DNA of 50,968 bases from Polyangiaceae bacterium. GTDB taxonomy: Bacteria > Myxococcota_A > Polyangia > Polyangiales > Polyangiaceae. This document shows, piece after piece, positions 20,068 through 28,992 of this stretch. A program made the position numbers and the translations under genes. The notes under the pieces are model-generated. The model saw only the letters and a program-made list of their open reading frames with translations, searched no databases and was not told where the DNA came from. The DNA is taken from the NCBI GenBank assembly GCA_033763455.1, contig JANRKO010000063.1, positions 1 through 50,968 on the forward strand, given 5' to 3'. The first letter of the stretch is position 1; each line of letters starts with the position of its first letter.

Positions 20068-20478
20068 GTGGGCTACCCTGAAGGAGAATTGTCTTTCCGC
20101 ATTTTAGTTATCGACGACGACGACCTGGCGAGGACGGTTCTCTCCGAGACCCTCCGGAACGAGGGTTGCGACGTATTCGAGCTGCCTTCCGCCATCGGCG
20201 CGGGCCGGCTGATAACCGAGCGCAACATTCGGGGTGTGGTGCTGGATGTGATGCTTCCGGATATCGACGGGGATAAGTTGGCCCGCATGCTGCGCGGTAA
20301 CGCGAAGGGTAGTGATCTCGCGATTATCTTGGTGAGCAGTCGGCCTGGTCACGAGTTGGAATTATTGGCCGTGGAAGCACGTGCCGATGGCGTGGTGAAC
20401 AAGGCCGAGATCGAAGCGCGTTTGTGGCCAACCCTGCGGACTGCGTTGTTGCGTCGCGGAGCGCGAGCGACGGATTAA
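20068..20478 (+). CDS. Single-domain response regulator (receiver)
   Basis: ILVIDDD, LDVMLPDIDG, IILVSS and the conserved K; true start may be TTG at 20089. Confidence 0.9.
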   Translation: MGYPEGELSFRILVIDDDDLARTVLSETLRNEGCDVFELPSAIGAGRLITERNIRGVVLDVMLPDIDGDKLARMLRGNAKGSDLAIILVSSRPGHELELLAVEARADGVVNKAEIEARLWPTLRTALLRRGARATD

Positions 20479-20510
20479 CTTCGAATTAAGGTTGAGGCTG
20501 CACCCACCAC

Positions 20511-22079
20511 TCAGGTAGCCTGCCCGAGCTCCTTGAGCTTCGCAACCAAGCGCTGCTCGAGCTTATCGTAGGTGTCCGGCGTAGCCTTGGGTACGGCCTT
20601 TTTGTTCCTATCAGGCTGGACGAACATCTGAAATAGCTGCTCGAAAGGCACTCCGCCTACTGCATTAGCCGCTCGGAGCGCGCCGCCCAGCGCTGAAGAA
20701 TTCTCAACTTGGAGTGGGCTGATTTCTGCCTGAAATACGTCTGCTAGGATCTGGCGAATGGCCGGGCTCTTCGAAGCCCCACCTGTAACGCGAATGCTTG
20801 CAGGGGTTTCGCCAATCCAACGCGAATGCAAACGCATGTTCACGGCCTGGGCTTCTACGATGGCTCGGGCGGCTCGCGCGGGGACTTTGCCTGCGACAAA
20901 ATCGGCACTCCCGAATCGCTGCGTCACGGGGGTTAGCACGCGCGGGGTGGATTCTGGCACGAAGAACGGCAGCATCCAATTGTCCCCATTTCCGGGCTCC
21001 GTGCGCTCCAAGATCGAATCACTGAATTCTTCCCAGCCCATCCCGAATTCTTTGGTCACGGCTTCACGGGCAAGGGACCCATTCGTGAAGCAAATGAGGC
21101 TCATGAAGCCTCCGGCGGGATTCCCGAACACGTGCCCGAAGCCATTCGGATCGGTGAGCGGCTTGCCCATTGCGGCAAACACCGTGTCGCTGGTGCCGAG
21201 GCTTATAACGGCGACGCCTGGCTCGGTGGCGCCCATTCCCACTAGGCTTGAAGGGTTGTCCCCAGTGAAAGCCACCACGGGCGTGCCCGCACGAATGCCG
21301 TACTTCTCGACGAAGTATCCGGTGACGGTGCCTGCCACTGTGTGGGAGGCCAATAGCTTTGGCAATTTCTCGCTCAGCGCCGGTGCGGTGGCTTCGAGTA
21401 GCGCGCTGCTTAAGGAGCCGCTTGCAAGGTCCATGAGATTCATGCCCGCGCCGTCCCCGAAGTCCATGGGGGCGCTAGTGCCGGTGAGCAGCGAAGCTAT
21501 GAAGGAGCTCACCAAATGAATTTCCTTGGTCTGCGCGTAGGCGTCTGGTTCACGCTTGAAGAACGCGCGTATCTGCGGCCCCGTGAAGCGCTCGGTGGGG
21601 CGAGAGCCGCTGATCTCTGTGACGCGCGCTTCCCCGCCTAACGCCCGTGCGATTTCTTCGCACTCCTTGGTCGTGGAGCTATCCATCCAGATGGGTGAGG
21701 TTTTCCGGCTCAGAAGTGGAGCAACTTGAGCGGCTAAGGGTTTGTCGAACCCCAAACGTAAGCTCTCTCCGAGCTTTTGCTTTAGGTACACCGAGCCATG
21801 TTGCTGCCCGGCACCACTGATGCCTCGGATTTGCGCCAGATCGTAACCTGTGGCGCGCAAGCGTTCAAACATTAGATCCAGCGCGGCCACCCACATGAGT
21901 GGATCAGAGTGCACCACCCTCGGGTTGTTGTTGCGCAAGAAGCCCTGGGGCGACCCGAAGTCCGGTAAATCTTTGCCAAAGTTAACGTTGATGCTCTGAA
22001 CAACCTGAGCCCGCTCGGTGTCGATGATCACCGCTGAGAGGCTTTGCGTGCTCGAATCCAAGCCGAGGTAGTGGGTCAT
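20511..22079 (-). CDS. xylB: FGGY carbohydrate kinase, eukaryote-type xylulokinase
   Basis: YLGLDSSTQ, GQQHGSVY, SPIWMDSST, ERFTGPQIR, LVSSF.ASL, TGDNP, SLGTSDT and TGGAS. Confidence 0.85.
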   Translation of the reverse strand: MTHYLGLDSSTQSLSAVIIDTERAQVVQSINVNFGKDLPDFGSPQGFLRNNNPRVVHSDPLMWVAALDLMFERLRATGYDLAQIRGISGAGQQHGSVYLKQKLGESLRLGFDKPLAAQVAPLLSRKTSPIWMDSSTTKECEEIARALGGEARVTEISGSRPTERFTGPQIRAFFKREPDAYAQTKEIHLVSSFIASLLTGTSAPMDFGDGAGMNLMDLASGSLSSALLEATAPALSEKLPKLLASHTVAGTVTGYFVEKYGIRAGTPVVAFTGDNPSSLVGMGATEPGVAVISLGTSDTVFAAMGKPLTDPNGFGHVFGNPAGGFMSLICFTNGSLAREAVTKEFGMGWEEFSDSILERTEPGNGDNWMLPFFVPESTPRVLTPVTQRFGSADFVAGKVPARAARAIVEAQAVNMRLHSRWIGETPASIRVTGGASKSPAIRQILADVFQAEISPLQVENSSALGGALRAANAVGGVPFEQLFQMFVQPDRNKKAVPKATPDTYDKLEQRLVAKLKELGQAT

Positions 22080-22092
22080 GAGTGGGGTGCTT

Positions 22093-23202
22093 TCAGAGGA
22101 GGCTAAGGTTTTGCCCGTAGTCGCCGGGCGCGAACACGTGCAGTTTGCCCGTGCTCAACTGAAGTTCAATCGAATCGTTGGGAGAGACGGAAACCGAGCG
22201 GATCCGCGCCACCAAGCGCGCATCGCCCTGGCCCGAAAGGTAGAGGTCCGTCAGGTGTCCGAGGGGTTCGACCACCTCTACGCGGAACGAGAGGCGTTCG
22301 ATGGGGCCCTTGGGTGCGTCGTCGATAGGAGAGAAAAACTCCGGGCGCACGCCGAGCACAACAGGGCGGCCAATTTCGCCTCGGAGGCGTTCCGACGTGG
22401 GCGATGGGAGTAAAATACTGAGGCCAGCACCTTCAAATCGCACGCCAAGATCGCCATTTATCAGCGTTCCGTCCACGAAATTCATCGGAGGCGTGCCCAG
22501 GAAGCTAGCCACGAAGCGATTCTGGGGGCGTTCGTAAACAGTGAGCGGCGCATCCACCTGCTGCACCTTGCCTTGGCTCATGACCACGATGCGATCACCC
22601 AGCGTCATCGCTTCTTCTTGATCGTGCGTTACGTAGATGGTGGTCGTTTTCAGCCTTTGATGTAGGCGTTTCAGCTCAGCGCGGGTTTCAACGCGCAGCT
22701 TGGCGTCTAGGTTGCTGAGTGGTTCATCAAATAGAAACGCTGCGGGCTCGCGCACGATGGCGCGGCCCAGGGCCACTCGCTGCCGTTGACCACCGGAGAG
22801 GGCTTTGGGCTTTCGTTCCAGGAGCTCTTCCAACATCAGCTGCTTGGCCACGTGCGTGACGCGCGCCTGGATCTCGCTTTTGCTAGATTTGCGAAGCTTG
22901 AGCCCAAACGCCATGTTTTCGAACACGGTCATGTGTGGGTAGAGCGCGTAGTTCTGAAACACCATGGCGATGTCTCGATCTTTGGGCGCAAGCTCGTTCA
23001 CCACGCGCGAGCCGATGCTAATGGTGCCTTCAGTTACATCCTCCAGGCCGGCAATCATGCGCAAGGTGGTGGATTTCCCGCACCCGCTCGGCCCCACCAA
23101 CACCACAAATTCCCCGTCGGCGATTTGGAGGTTCACGTCCCCTACGGCGCGGACGTTGCCGGGGTAGACTTTCCCAACTTCCTCAAGCTTCACCTCTGCC
23201 AC
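22093..23202 (-). CDS. Sugar ABC transporter ATP-binding protein (MalK/UgpC family)
   Basis: GPSGCGKST, VFQNYALYPHM, LSGGQRQRVALGR, DEPLSNLDAKLR; C-terminal TOBE domain. Confidence 0.96.
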   Translation of the reverse strand: MAEVKLEEVGKVYPGNVRAVGDVNLQIADGEFVVLVGPSGCGKSTTLRMIAGLEDVTEGTISIGSRVVNELAPKDRDIAMVFQNYALYPHMTVFENMAFGLKLRKSSKSEIQARVTHVAKQLMLEELLERKPKALSGGQRQRVALGRAIVREPAAFLFDEPLSNLDAKLRVETRAELKRLHQRLKTTTIYVTHDQEEAMTLGDRIVVMSQGKVQQVDAPLTVYERPQNRFVASFLGTPPMNFVDGTLINGDLGVRFEGAGLSILLPSPTSERLRGEIGRPVVLGVRPEFFSPIDDAPKGPIERLSFRVEVVEPLGHLTDLYLSGQGDARLVARIRSVSVSPNDSIELQLSTGKLHVFAPGDYGQNLSLL

Positions 23203-23289
23203 TTGCGCCTCCAGCCAGGGTGTACCGCGCCCTGGGCGCCAATAGAAGCCGTTGCGGCTTAGAAGGCAGTCTACTATGGCTGCTTTAGT

Positions 23290-24276
23290 ATGAAGATCTT
23301 AGTCACGGGCGCCGCTGGTTACATTGGGTCCCACGCAGTCAAGTTGCTGCTGCAGAAGGGGCATTCTGTTGTAGGGCTTGATAATTTGAGCCGGGGCCAC
23401 CGGCAGGCGGTTTCAAAGGCTGCGCCCTTCGTGGAGCTGGATTTACGGCAAACGGACGCCGTCTCCAGGGCTCTGGTGGAGCACCAGATCGAGTGTGTGA
23501 TGCACTTTGCCGCGCTCGCGTATGTCGGCGAATCGGTAACGGAGCCTTTGCGCTATTACGACAACAATACCGGCGGCACGACAAGCCTGCTCATGGCGAT
23601 GCAGAAGGCCGGTGTTGAACGGCTAGTCTTTAGTTCAACCTGTGCCACCTATGGTCAGCCCGAACGGATGCCCATCGTGGAAACGATGCCGCAGGTGCCC
23701 ATCAACCCGTACGGATGGTCCAAGCTCCTGAGCGAACGGGTGCTGCGCGACTACCTTGCCTCCAATCCGAAATTCAGCTTTGCGGCGCTCCGGTACTTCA
23801 ACGTCGCCGGTTGCGATCGGGAAGGCGAGCTCGGGGAAGATCACAATCCGGAGACGCACTTGATACCGGTTATCTTGCAGGTTGCACTCGGCCAACGTGA
23901 GAAGCTCCAAATCTTTGGCGAGGATTACGCCACCCCGGATGGAACCTGCGTTCGCGACTACATCCACGTCGAAGATTTGATCGCCGCCCACATCCTGGCG
24001 ATGGACGCGCTCAAGCCGGGCAGTGAGCTCGTCTACAACTTGGGAATCGGGCGGGGTTACAGCGTGCGCGAGATTATCGATGCCGCCCGGAAGGTGATCG
24101 GCCGCGACTTCAAAGTGGAGGTCTCCCCGCGGCGCCCCGGGGATCCAGCTGAGCTTTACGCCGATCCGAGCAAGATCCAAAAAGAGCTCGGCTTTCGCGC
24201 TCAAATTACTGACATTTCGGCCATCATCGAGAGCGCTTGGCGCTGGTTTCAGAAGCACCCGAACGGATACCGTTGA
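23290..24276 (+). CDS. galE: UDP-glucose 4-epimerase
   Basis: TGAAGYIGSH, HFAA..YVGESV..PL.YY.NN, YGWSK, LRYFNVAG and DGTCVRDYIHV. Confidence 0.95.
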   Translation: MKILVTGAAGYIGSHAVKLLLQKGHSVVGLDNLSRGHRQAVSKAAPFVELDLRQTDAVSRALVEHQIECVMHFAALAYVGESVTEPLRYYDNNTGGTTSLLMAMQKAGVERLVFSSTCATYGQPERMPIVETMPQVPINPYGWSKLLSERVLRDYLASNPKFSFAALRYFNVAGCDREGELGEDHNPETHLIPVILQVALGQREKLQIFGEDYATPDGTCVRDYIHVEDLIAAHILAMDALKPGSELVYNLGIGRGYSVREIIDAARKVIGRDFKVEVSPRRPGDPAELYADPSKIQKELGFRAQITDISAIIESAWRWFQKHPNGYR

Positions 24277-24310
24277 CCCCCTTGGGGCGACGTGTTTTAT
24301 CGGCGCACCT

Positions 24311-25081
24311 ATGTTTAGCCTGGACAAAAAAGTCGCAGTTGTTACCGGAGCCGGATCGGGAATTGGGCAAGCGATTGCCGTTGCGCTCGCTCAAAGTGGC
24401 GCCCGGGTTGTCGGCTTCGATCTTTCGGTGGACGGCCTTTCTGACACCGCTCAAAAGTTGGCGGCCAATGGGCACGAGTTGTTGCGGGTCGCTTGCGATG
24501 TTTCCAACCCAGAGAGTGTGGCCAAAGCTTTTGCTGAGGTGGATGCGAAATGCGGTCGCCTAGATGTGCTGGTTAACAACGCCGGCATTGCACACATTGG
24601 CAATATTGAGGGTACCCAGGAAGCTGATATGGATCGGCTGTACAACGTGAACGTAAAGGGCGTGTACCTCTGCGCCAAGCAAGCGGTCACGCGCATGCTG
24701 ACGACAGGCGGGGGCTCTATTGTAAACGTTGCCTCCATTGCCTCGTTGATCGGTGTGGCGGATCGCTTCGCTTACTCGATGACCAAAGGCGCCGTACTTA
24801 CGATGACCTATTCTCTGGCGGTGGATTACATGAAAAAAGGCATTCGCTGCAATTGCGTGTGCCCGGCACGTGTTCACACGCCATTCGTAGATAATTTCAT
24901 TCAGAAGACGTACCCGGGGCAGGAAGCTGAAGTTTTCAAGAAGCTTTCCGAGTATCAACCTATCGGGCGCATGGGCAAGCCCGAAGAAGTGGCCGCTTTG
25001 GTGCTCTTTTTGTGTTCAGATGAAGCGGCGTTCATCACCGGAGCTGCCATGCCCGTGGATGGCGGCGTTCTGGTTTCCTAA
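24311..25081 (+). CDS. SDR oxidoreductase (2-keto-3-deoxy-sugar-acid dehydrogenase-like)
   Basis: TGAGSGIG, NNAG, YSMTK and CPARVHTP; adjacent to an FAH gene. Confidence 0.88.
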   Translation: MFSLDKKVAVVTGAGSGIGQAIAVALAQSGARVVGFDLSVDGLSDTAQKLAANGHELLRVACDVSNPESVAKAFAEVDAKCGRLDVLVNNAGIAHIGNIEGTQEADMDRLYNVNVKGVYLCAKQAVTRMLTTGGGSIVNVASIASLIGVADRFAYSMTKGAVLTMTYSLAVDYMKKGIRCNCVCPARVHTPFVDNFIQKTYPGQEAEVFKKLSEYQPIGRMGKPEEVAALVLFLCSDEAAFITGAAMPVDGGVLVS

Positions 25082-25129
25082 GTTGGATGGTTCGCGGCAG
25101 AGCTTGTCAGTTGTTGAAAGGTTACGATC

Positions 25130-25984
25130 ATGAAGTTGTTTCGATTTGGCTCCGTGGGTTCTGAGAAACCGGGTGTAGTGCTTTCAGGGGACACTTGGGT
25201 GGATGTTTCCGCCTTCGGCGCGGACTACAACGAGGCCTTTTTTGAGGGCGGAGGGCTCGCACGGCTCGAAGCTTGGGTGAAGCAAAATGGTGCCAGCTGT
25301 CCACGGGTGGATACCAGCAAAGTACGCCTCGCATCGCCCATTTGTCGGCCGAGCAAGATCATCTGCGTGGGTCTCAATTATCACGCTCACGCCGTCGAAA
25401 CGAACATGCCGATCCCGGCCGAACCGGTGCTGTTCTTCAAGTCCACGACAGCCTTGGTCGGCCCGAATGACGACCTTAAGATCCCACGCGGTGCCGAGAA
25501 GACGGACTGGGAAGTAGAGCTCGCAGTTATCATCGGCAAGACGGCCCGTTACGTTGAGAAGAGCTCCGCGATGCAATACGTGGCCGGTTACGCGCTCCAC
25601 AACGATTACTCCGAGCGAGCTTTTCAGCTTGAGCGCGGTGGGCAGTGGGTGAAGGGCAAGAGCTGCGATACCTTCGCACCACTCGGACCTATGCTCGTTA
25701 CCCGCGATGAGATCGATCCGTCGAACCTTCGCCTTTGGTTGAAGCTCAACGGCAAGATGGTTCAGGACAGCAACACGAGCGACATGATCTTCGATGTGCC
25801 CACGATCGTGAGCTACATCAGCCAGTTCATGACGCTGCTTCCGGGAGATGTCATCAGCACTGGCACCCCGCAGGGTGTTGGGCTTGGCTTGAAGCCGCCC
25901 ACGTTCCTCAAAGTGGGGGACACGGTGGAGCTCGGCATTGATGGCTTGGGCACGTCGCAGCAACGCGCGGTCGCTTGCGACTGA
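25130..25984 (+). CDS. Fumarylacetoacetate hydrolase family protein
   Basis: KIICVGLNY, DWEVELAVIIG, NDYSER, KGKS.DTF.PLGP and STGTP.GVG. Confidence 0.93.
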   Translation: MKLFRFGSVGSEKPGVVLSGDTWVDVSAFGADYNEAFFEGGGLARLEAWVKQNGASCPRVDTSKVRLASPICRPSKIICVGLNYHAHAVETNMPIPAEPVLFFKSTTALVGPNDDLKIPRGAEKTDWEVELAVIIGKTARYVEKSSAMQYVAGYALHNDYSERAFQLERGGQWVKGKSCDTFAPLGPMLVTRDEIDPSNLRLWLKLNGKMVQDSNTSDMIFDVPTIVSYISQFMTLLPGDVISTGTPQGVGLGLKPPTFLKVGDTVELGIDGLGTSQQRAVACD

Positions 25985-26235
25985 CGCACGCAAAGTTCCA
26001 GCATCAGGTTCCGTCGATCCGGGCTGCCCGGCCGGGCATATTTGCCGAATTCTTACTAGACTTATACGAGGGGTTCTTAGCTGGCCGAATGCGCGGTCCA
26101 GACTCGAATACCCTCCGGATCTAGTTGCCTTAGTTGTGAGTAGCTTGTGGACAACTTCGCGTGAAGGCCGAACCAATCCAACTGTTGGGGCCCCCCACAC
26201 GATAGGAGTGTTCAAGAAGTTCCAGATCTGTACCC

Positions 26236-27693
26236 TTGCAGGTTCGGAAAATGCGAACCCGGAAGAAAACCGAAACACTCGACCTAGGCTACCTGGCTGC
26301 TCGCTGGAGCAGCATGCCCCCTCAGTATTCGACGTTGCCCCCAGACCCCGGCAGAGCGGGGGGAGCGAGCGCGGTTTCTCAAGTTCCAGCATCCGAGGTC
26401 CAACGCACAGCGCCAGCAGTGGATGAACGATCGGAGGGTCTGGTTCAAACGCTTCTCGATAGCTCGTTGGAGGGCGTTTTTGTTTTGGATGAACGCCTGA
26501 CGGTGTGCGCCGTGAACAAAGCTCTTGCTGAATTGGCCGAAGCCACAAGTGAAGAACTCCTGGAACACCACGTGCTCGATGTCTTCCCGCTGATGCAGCA
26601 GCTTGGCCCAGATGTGTTTGAGTTTGTGCTTCAAGGCAGAACGCTGGGCGGCTGTTTGGAGTGCATCAAGCCTGAGCAATCCCAAGGGTTGAGCTTTGAG
26701 GTTCGGCTAACACCCATTTTTGAGGCAGGGGCTGTATCAGGGATTTTGGGGATCGTGCGCGACATGAGTCAGCACAGACAGAATGTGACGCGCCTCGCGC
26801 ACATCCAGAAGCTTGGCTTGGCCGCGCGCTTGGCCACAAGCTCGGCCCATGACCTTAGCAACCTACTCACAGTGATTCAGGCGGAGGTGGCTCGCGCGCT
26901 TATCCTGTGTGAAGATCCTGAGCTTTCCGAATCCCTGATGGAGATCCAGCATTGCACAGAAAAATCGGGCGTTTTAACGCGCGATATTCTCAACTTTGCG
27001 CGTAAAAATTCGGAACACGCCGCTCCGGTTCGGGCCGCTCAGCTAGTGGGGGATTGCCGACGTATGTTTGAGCGTTTGCTCGGCCCCGACGTGACACTGA
27101 AGTGTGACCTACTGGACGACATCTCACGAGTGAGCGTGCTCCGGGGGGAGCTTGAACAGGTGCTGGTGAATCTGGTCGCGAATGCCCGCGATGCAGTATC
27201 GCCGGGCGGGTGCGTTGAGGTTTCGGTTCGAAGAGTGATCGTGTCGGCTAGCGTCGCGCCACCTTCTCCCGAGGTTGCCCCGGGGGAGTACTCATGCATT
27301 GAAGTGAAGGATAACGGTCAGGGGATGAGCACCGCTGCGCAGCGACACCTATTTGAGGCGTTCTTCACCACCAAGCCTGAAGGGCAAGGAACGGGTCTGG
27401 GGCTCTCCACTAGCCGCGACATCATTGAGCGCTCTGGGGGCCAGCTCTTGGTTCAGAGCGAGGCACGGGTAGGGACGCGCGTCTCGATCTGGCTTCCCGT
27501 CTATGTGGATGATTGCTCCCCCACCGTGCGCCCCATGGGTCCCGGCCTGCGCAAAGCAAGCCTCGTCGCCCCGCCGCCTGCTGCGCAGAGTGATCAGCCT
27601 TCTGGGCACCATCGGATTTCTGCGGCACAGGGGAGCGATGGCAACGTGGGCCAACACCCTTCGGATCGGCCTCGGACGGGCAGCCACGGCTAA
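26236..27693 (+). CDS. PAS domain sensor histidine kinase
   Basis: PAS region, H-box AHDLSNLL, N-box QVLVNLVANARDA, DNGQGM, FFTTK and GTGLGL; start codon uncertain. Confidence 0.92.
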   Translation: MQVRKMRTRKKTETLDLGYLAARWSSMPPQYSTLPPDPGRAGGASAVSQVPASEVQRTAPAVDERSEGLVQTLLDSSLEGVFVLDERLTVCAVNKALAELAEATSEELLEHHVLDVFPLMQQLGPDVFEFVLQGRTLGGCLECIKPEQSQGLSFEVRLTPIFEAGAVSGILGIVRDMSQHRQNVTRLAHIQKLGLAARLATSSAHDLSNLLTVIQAEVARALILCEDPELSESLMEIQHCTEKSGVLTRDILNFARKNSEHAAPVRAAQLVGDCRRMFERLLGPDVTLKCDLLDDISRVSVLRGELEQVLVNLVANARDAVSPGGCVEVSVRRVIVSASVAPPSPEVAPGEYSCIEVKDNGQGMSTAAQRHLFEAFFTTKPEGQGTGLGLSTSRDIIERSGGQLLVQSEARVGTRVSIWLPVYVDDCSPTVRPMGPGLRKASLVAPPPAAQSDQPSGHHRISAAQGSDGNVGQHPSDRPRTGSHG

Positions 27694-27735
27694 CTTGGGG
27701 GCTCCCTGGGGTGGGTTTAGCGCTATAAAAAACGC

Positions 27736-28992
27736 GTGAAGATCCTCCACGCCGCAGACTTGCACCTCGATAGCCCGCTCTTGGGTCTCGAGAGTTACGA
27801 GTCTGCGCCGGTCGAACGGATCCGTAGCGCCAGCCGTCGAGCCTTCGAAAACCTTGTGAGCTACGCGCTCGAACACAAGGTAGACGTTGTTGTGATCGCA
27901 GGGGATCTCTTCGACGGCGATTGGCGGGATTACGCCCCCGGTTTGTTCTTCTCAGCCCAGATGGCCCGCCTCAAGCAGGCGGATATCAAGGTTGTATGGC
28001 TGCGTGGCAACCACGATGCCATGAGCAAGATCCGAAAGCACCTGCGCTTGCCAGATAATGTTCAGGAGTTCGGCACAGCGCGCGCTCAAACGATCGAGTT
28101 AGAAACCCTCGACCTTGCCATCCATGGCCAAGGTTATGCCAAACGCGATGTAACGGATAATCTGGCGGCGGAGTATCCGCGCCCTATCGCCGGCGCATTC
28201 AACCTGGGCTTGCTGCACACCGCACTTGATGGGCGCCCTGGCCACGATACGTATGCGCCCTGCACGCTCAACACGCTGCGTGAGCGCGGCTACCAGTATT
28301 GGGCACTTGGGCACGTGCATGCCCGGGAGGTGTTGTGCGAAGACCCCTGGGTGGTTTTCCCTGGCAATCTTCAAGGGCGCTTTGTGCGGGAAAGCGGGCC
28401 AAAAGGTGCCACTTTGGTGGAGGTCCAGGGTGGCCGAGTGGTAAGGGTTGAGGCTTTAGCACTGGATGTCGTGCGTTGGGGCGTGTGCACGTTGGATGCT
28501 TCCGCGTGTGCCAACGCGGACGACGTGTTGGAGCTACTGAGGCAGGCGATGGACGTGGCGGCTCGTGCCGCCGAAGAGCGTCTATTGGCGTTGCGCGTTG
28601 TCGTCCAGGGCGTAAGTCGTGCCCACAACGCGCTCCACCGAGACGAGCACCGTTACACACAAGAAATCAGAAACGCGGCTCTTGATGTGCCATCCGGAGA
28701 CGTATGGATCGAGGAGGTCCGTTTCAAGACCGAACGTATTGGCAGTGAATCGACGGGGGACGAAAGAGACGAACTTTTTCAGAATTTGGTCCAATCCACG
28801 GATGCACTTTCAGCGAGCCCCGAGCAGCTGGAGGCACTGCGTCAGGAATTCGATCCACTCTTTAAGAAGCTTGGAGAGCTGAGGGTGGATGCACGTGGCG
28901 AAGATCTGGGCGGAGCGGTTCATCTCGGGCGCACGGTTGAGCGTGCGCGTGACGTTCTGCTGGCTCGTTTTTCGGAACTGGCGAAAGATTGA
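27736..28992 (+). CDS. yhaO: SbcD/Mre11-like DNA repair exonuclease (YhaO-like)
   Basis: HAADLHLD, AGDLFD, GNHD, YWALGHVH and PGNLQGR. Confidence 0.92.
   Translation: MKILHAADLHLDSPLLGLESYESAPVERIRSASRRAFENLVSYALEHKVDVVVIAGDLFDGDWRDYAPGLFFSAQMARLKQADIKVVWLRGNHDAMSKIRKHLRLPDNVQEFGTARAQTIELETLDLAIHGQGYAKRDVTDNLAAEYPRPIAGAFNLGLLHTALDGRPGHDTYAPCTLNTLRERGYQYWALGHVHAREVLCEDPWVVFPGNLQGRFVRESGPKGATLVEVQGGRVVRVEALALDVVRWGVCTLDASACANADDVLELLRQAMDVAARAAEERLLALRVVVQGVSRAHNALHRDEHRYTQEIRNAALDVPSGDVWIEEVRFKTERIGSESTGDERDELFQNLVQSTDALSASPEQLEALRQEFDPLFKKLGELRVDARGEDLGGAVHLGRTVERARDVLLARFSELAKD

Noticed and set aside
25184..26548. 454-aa minus-strand ORF
   Set aside because: Antisense to the FAH and histidine kinase genes, with no motifs
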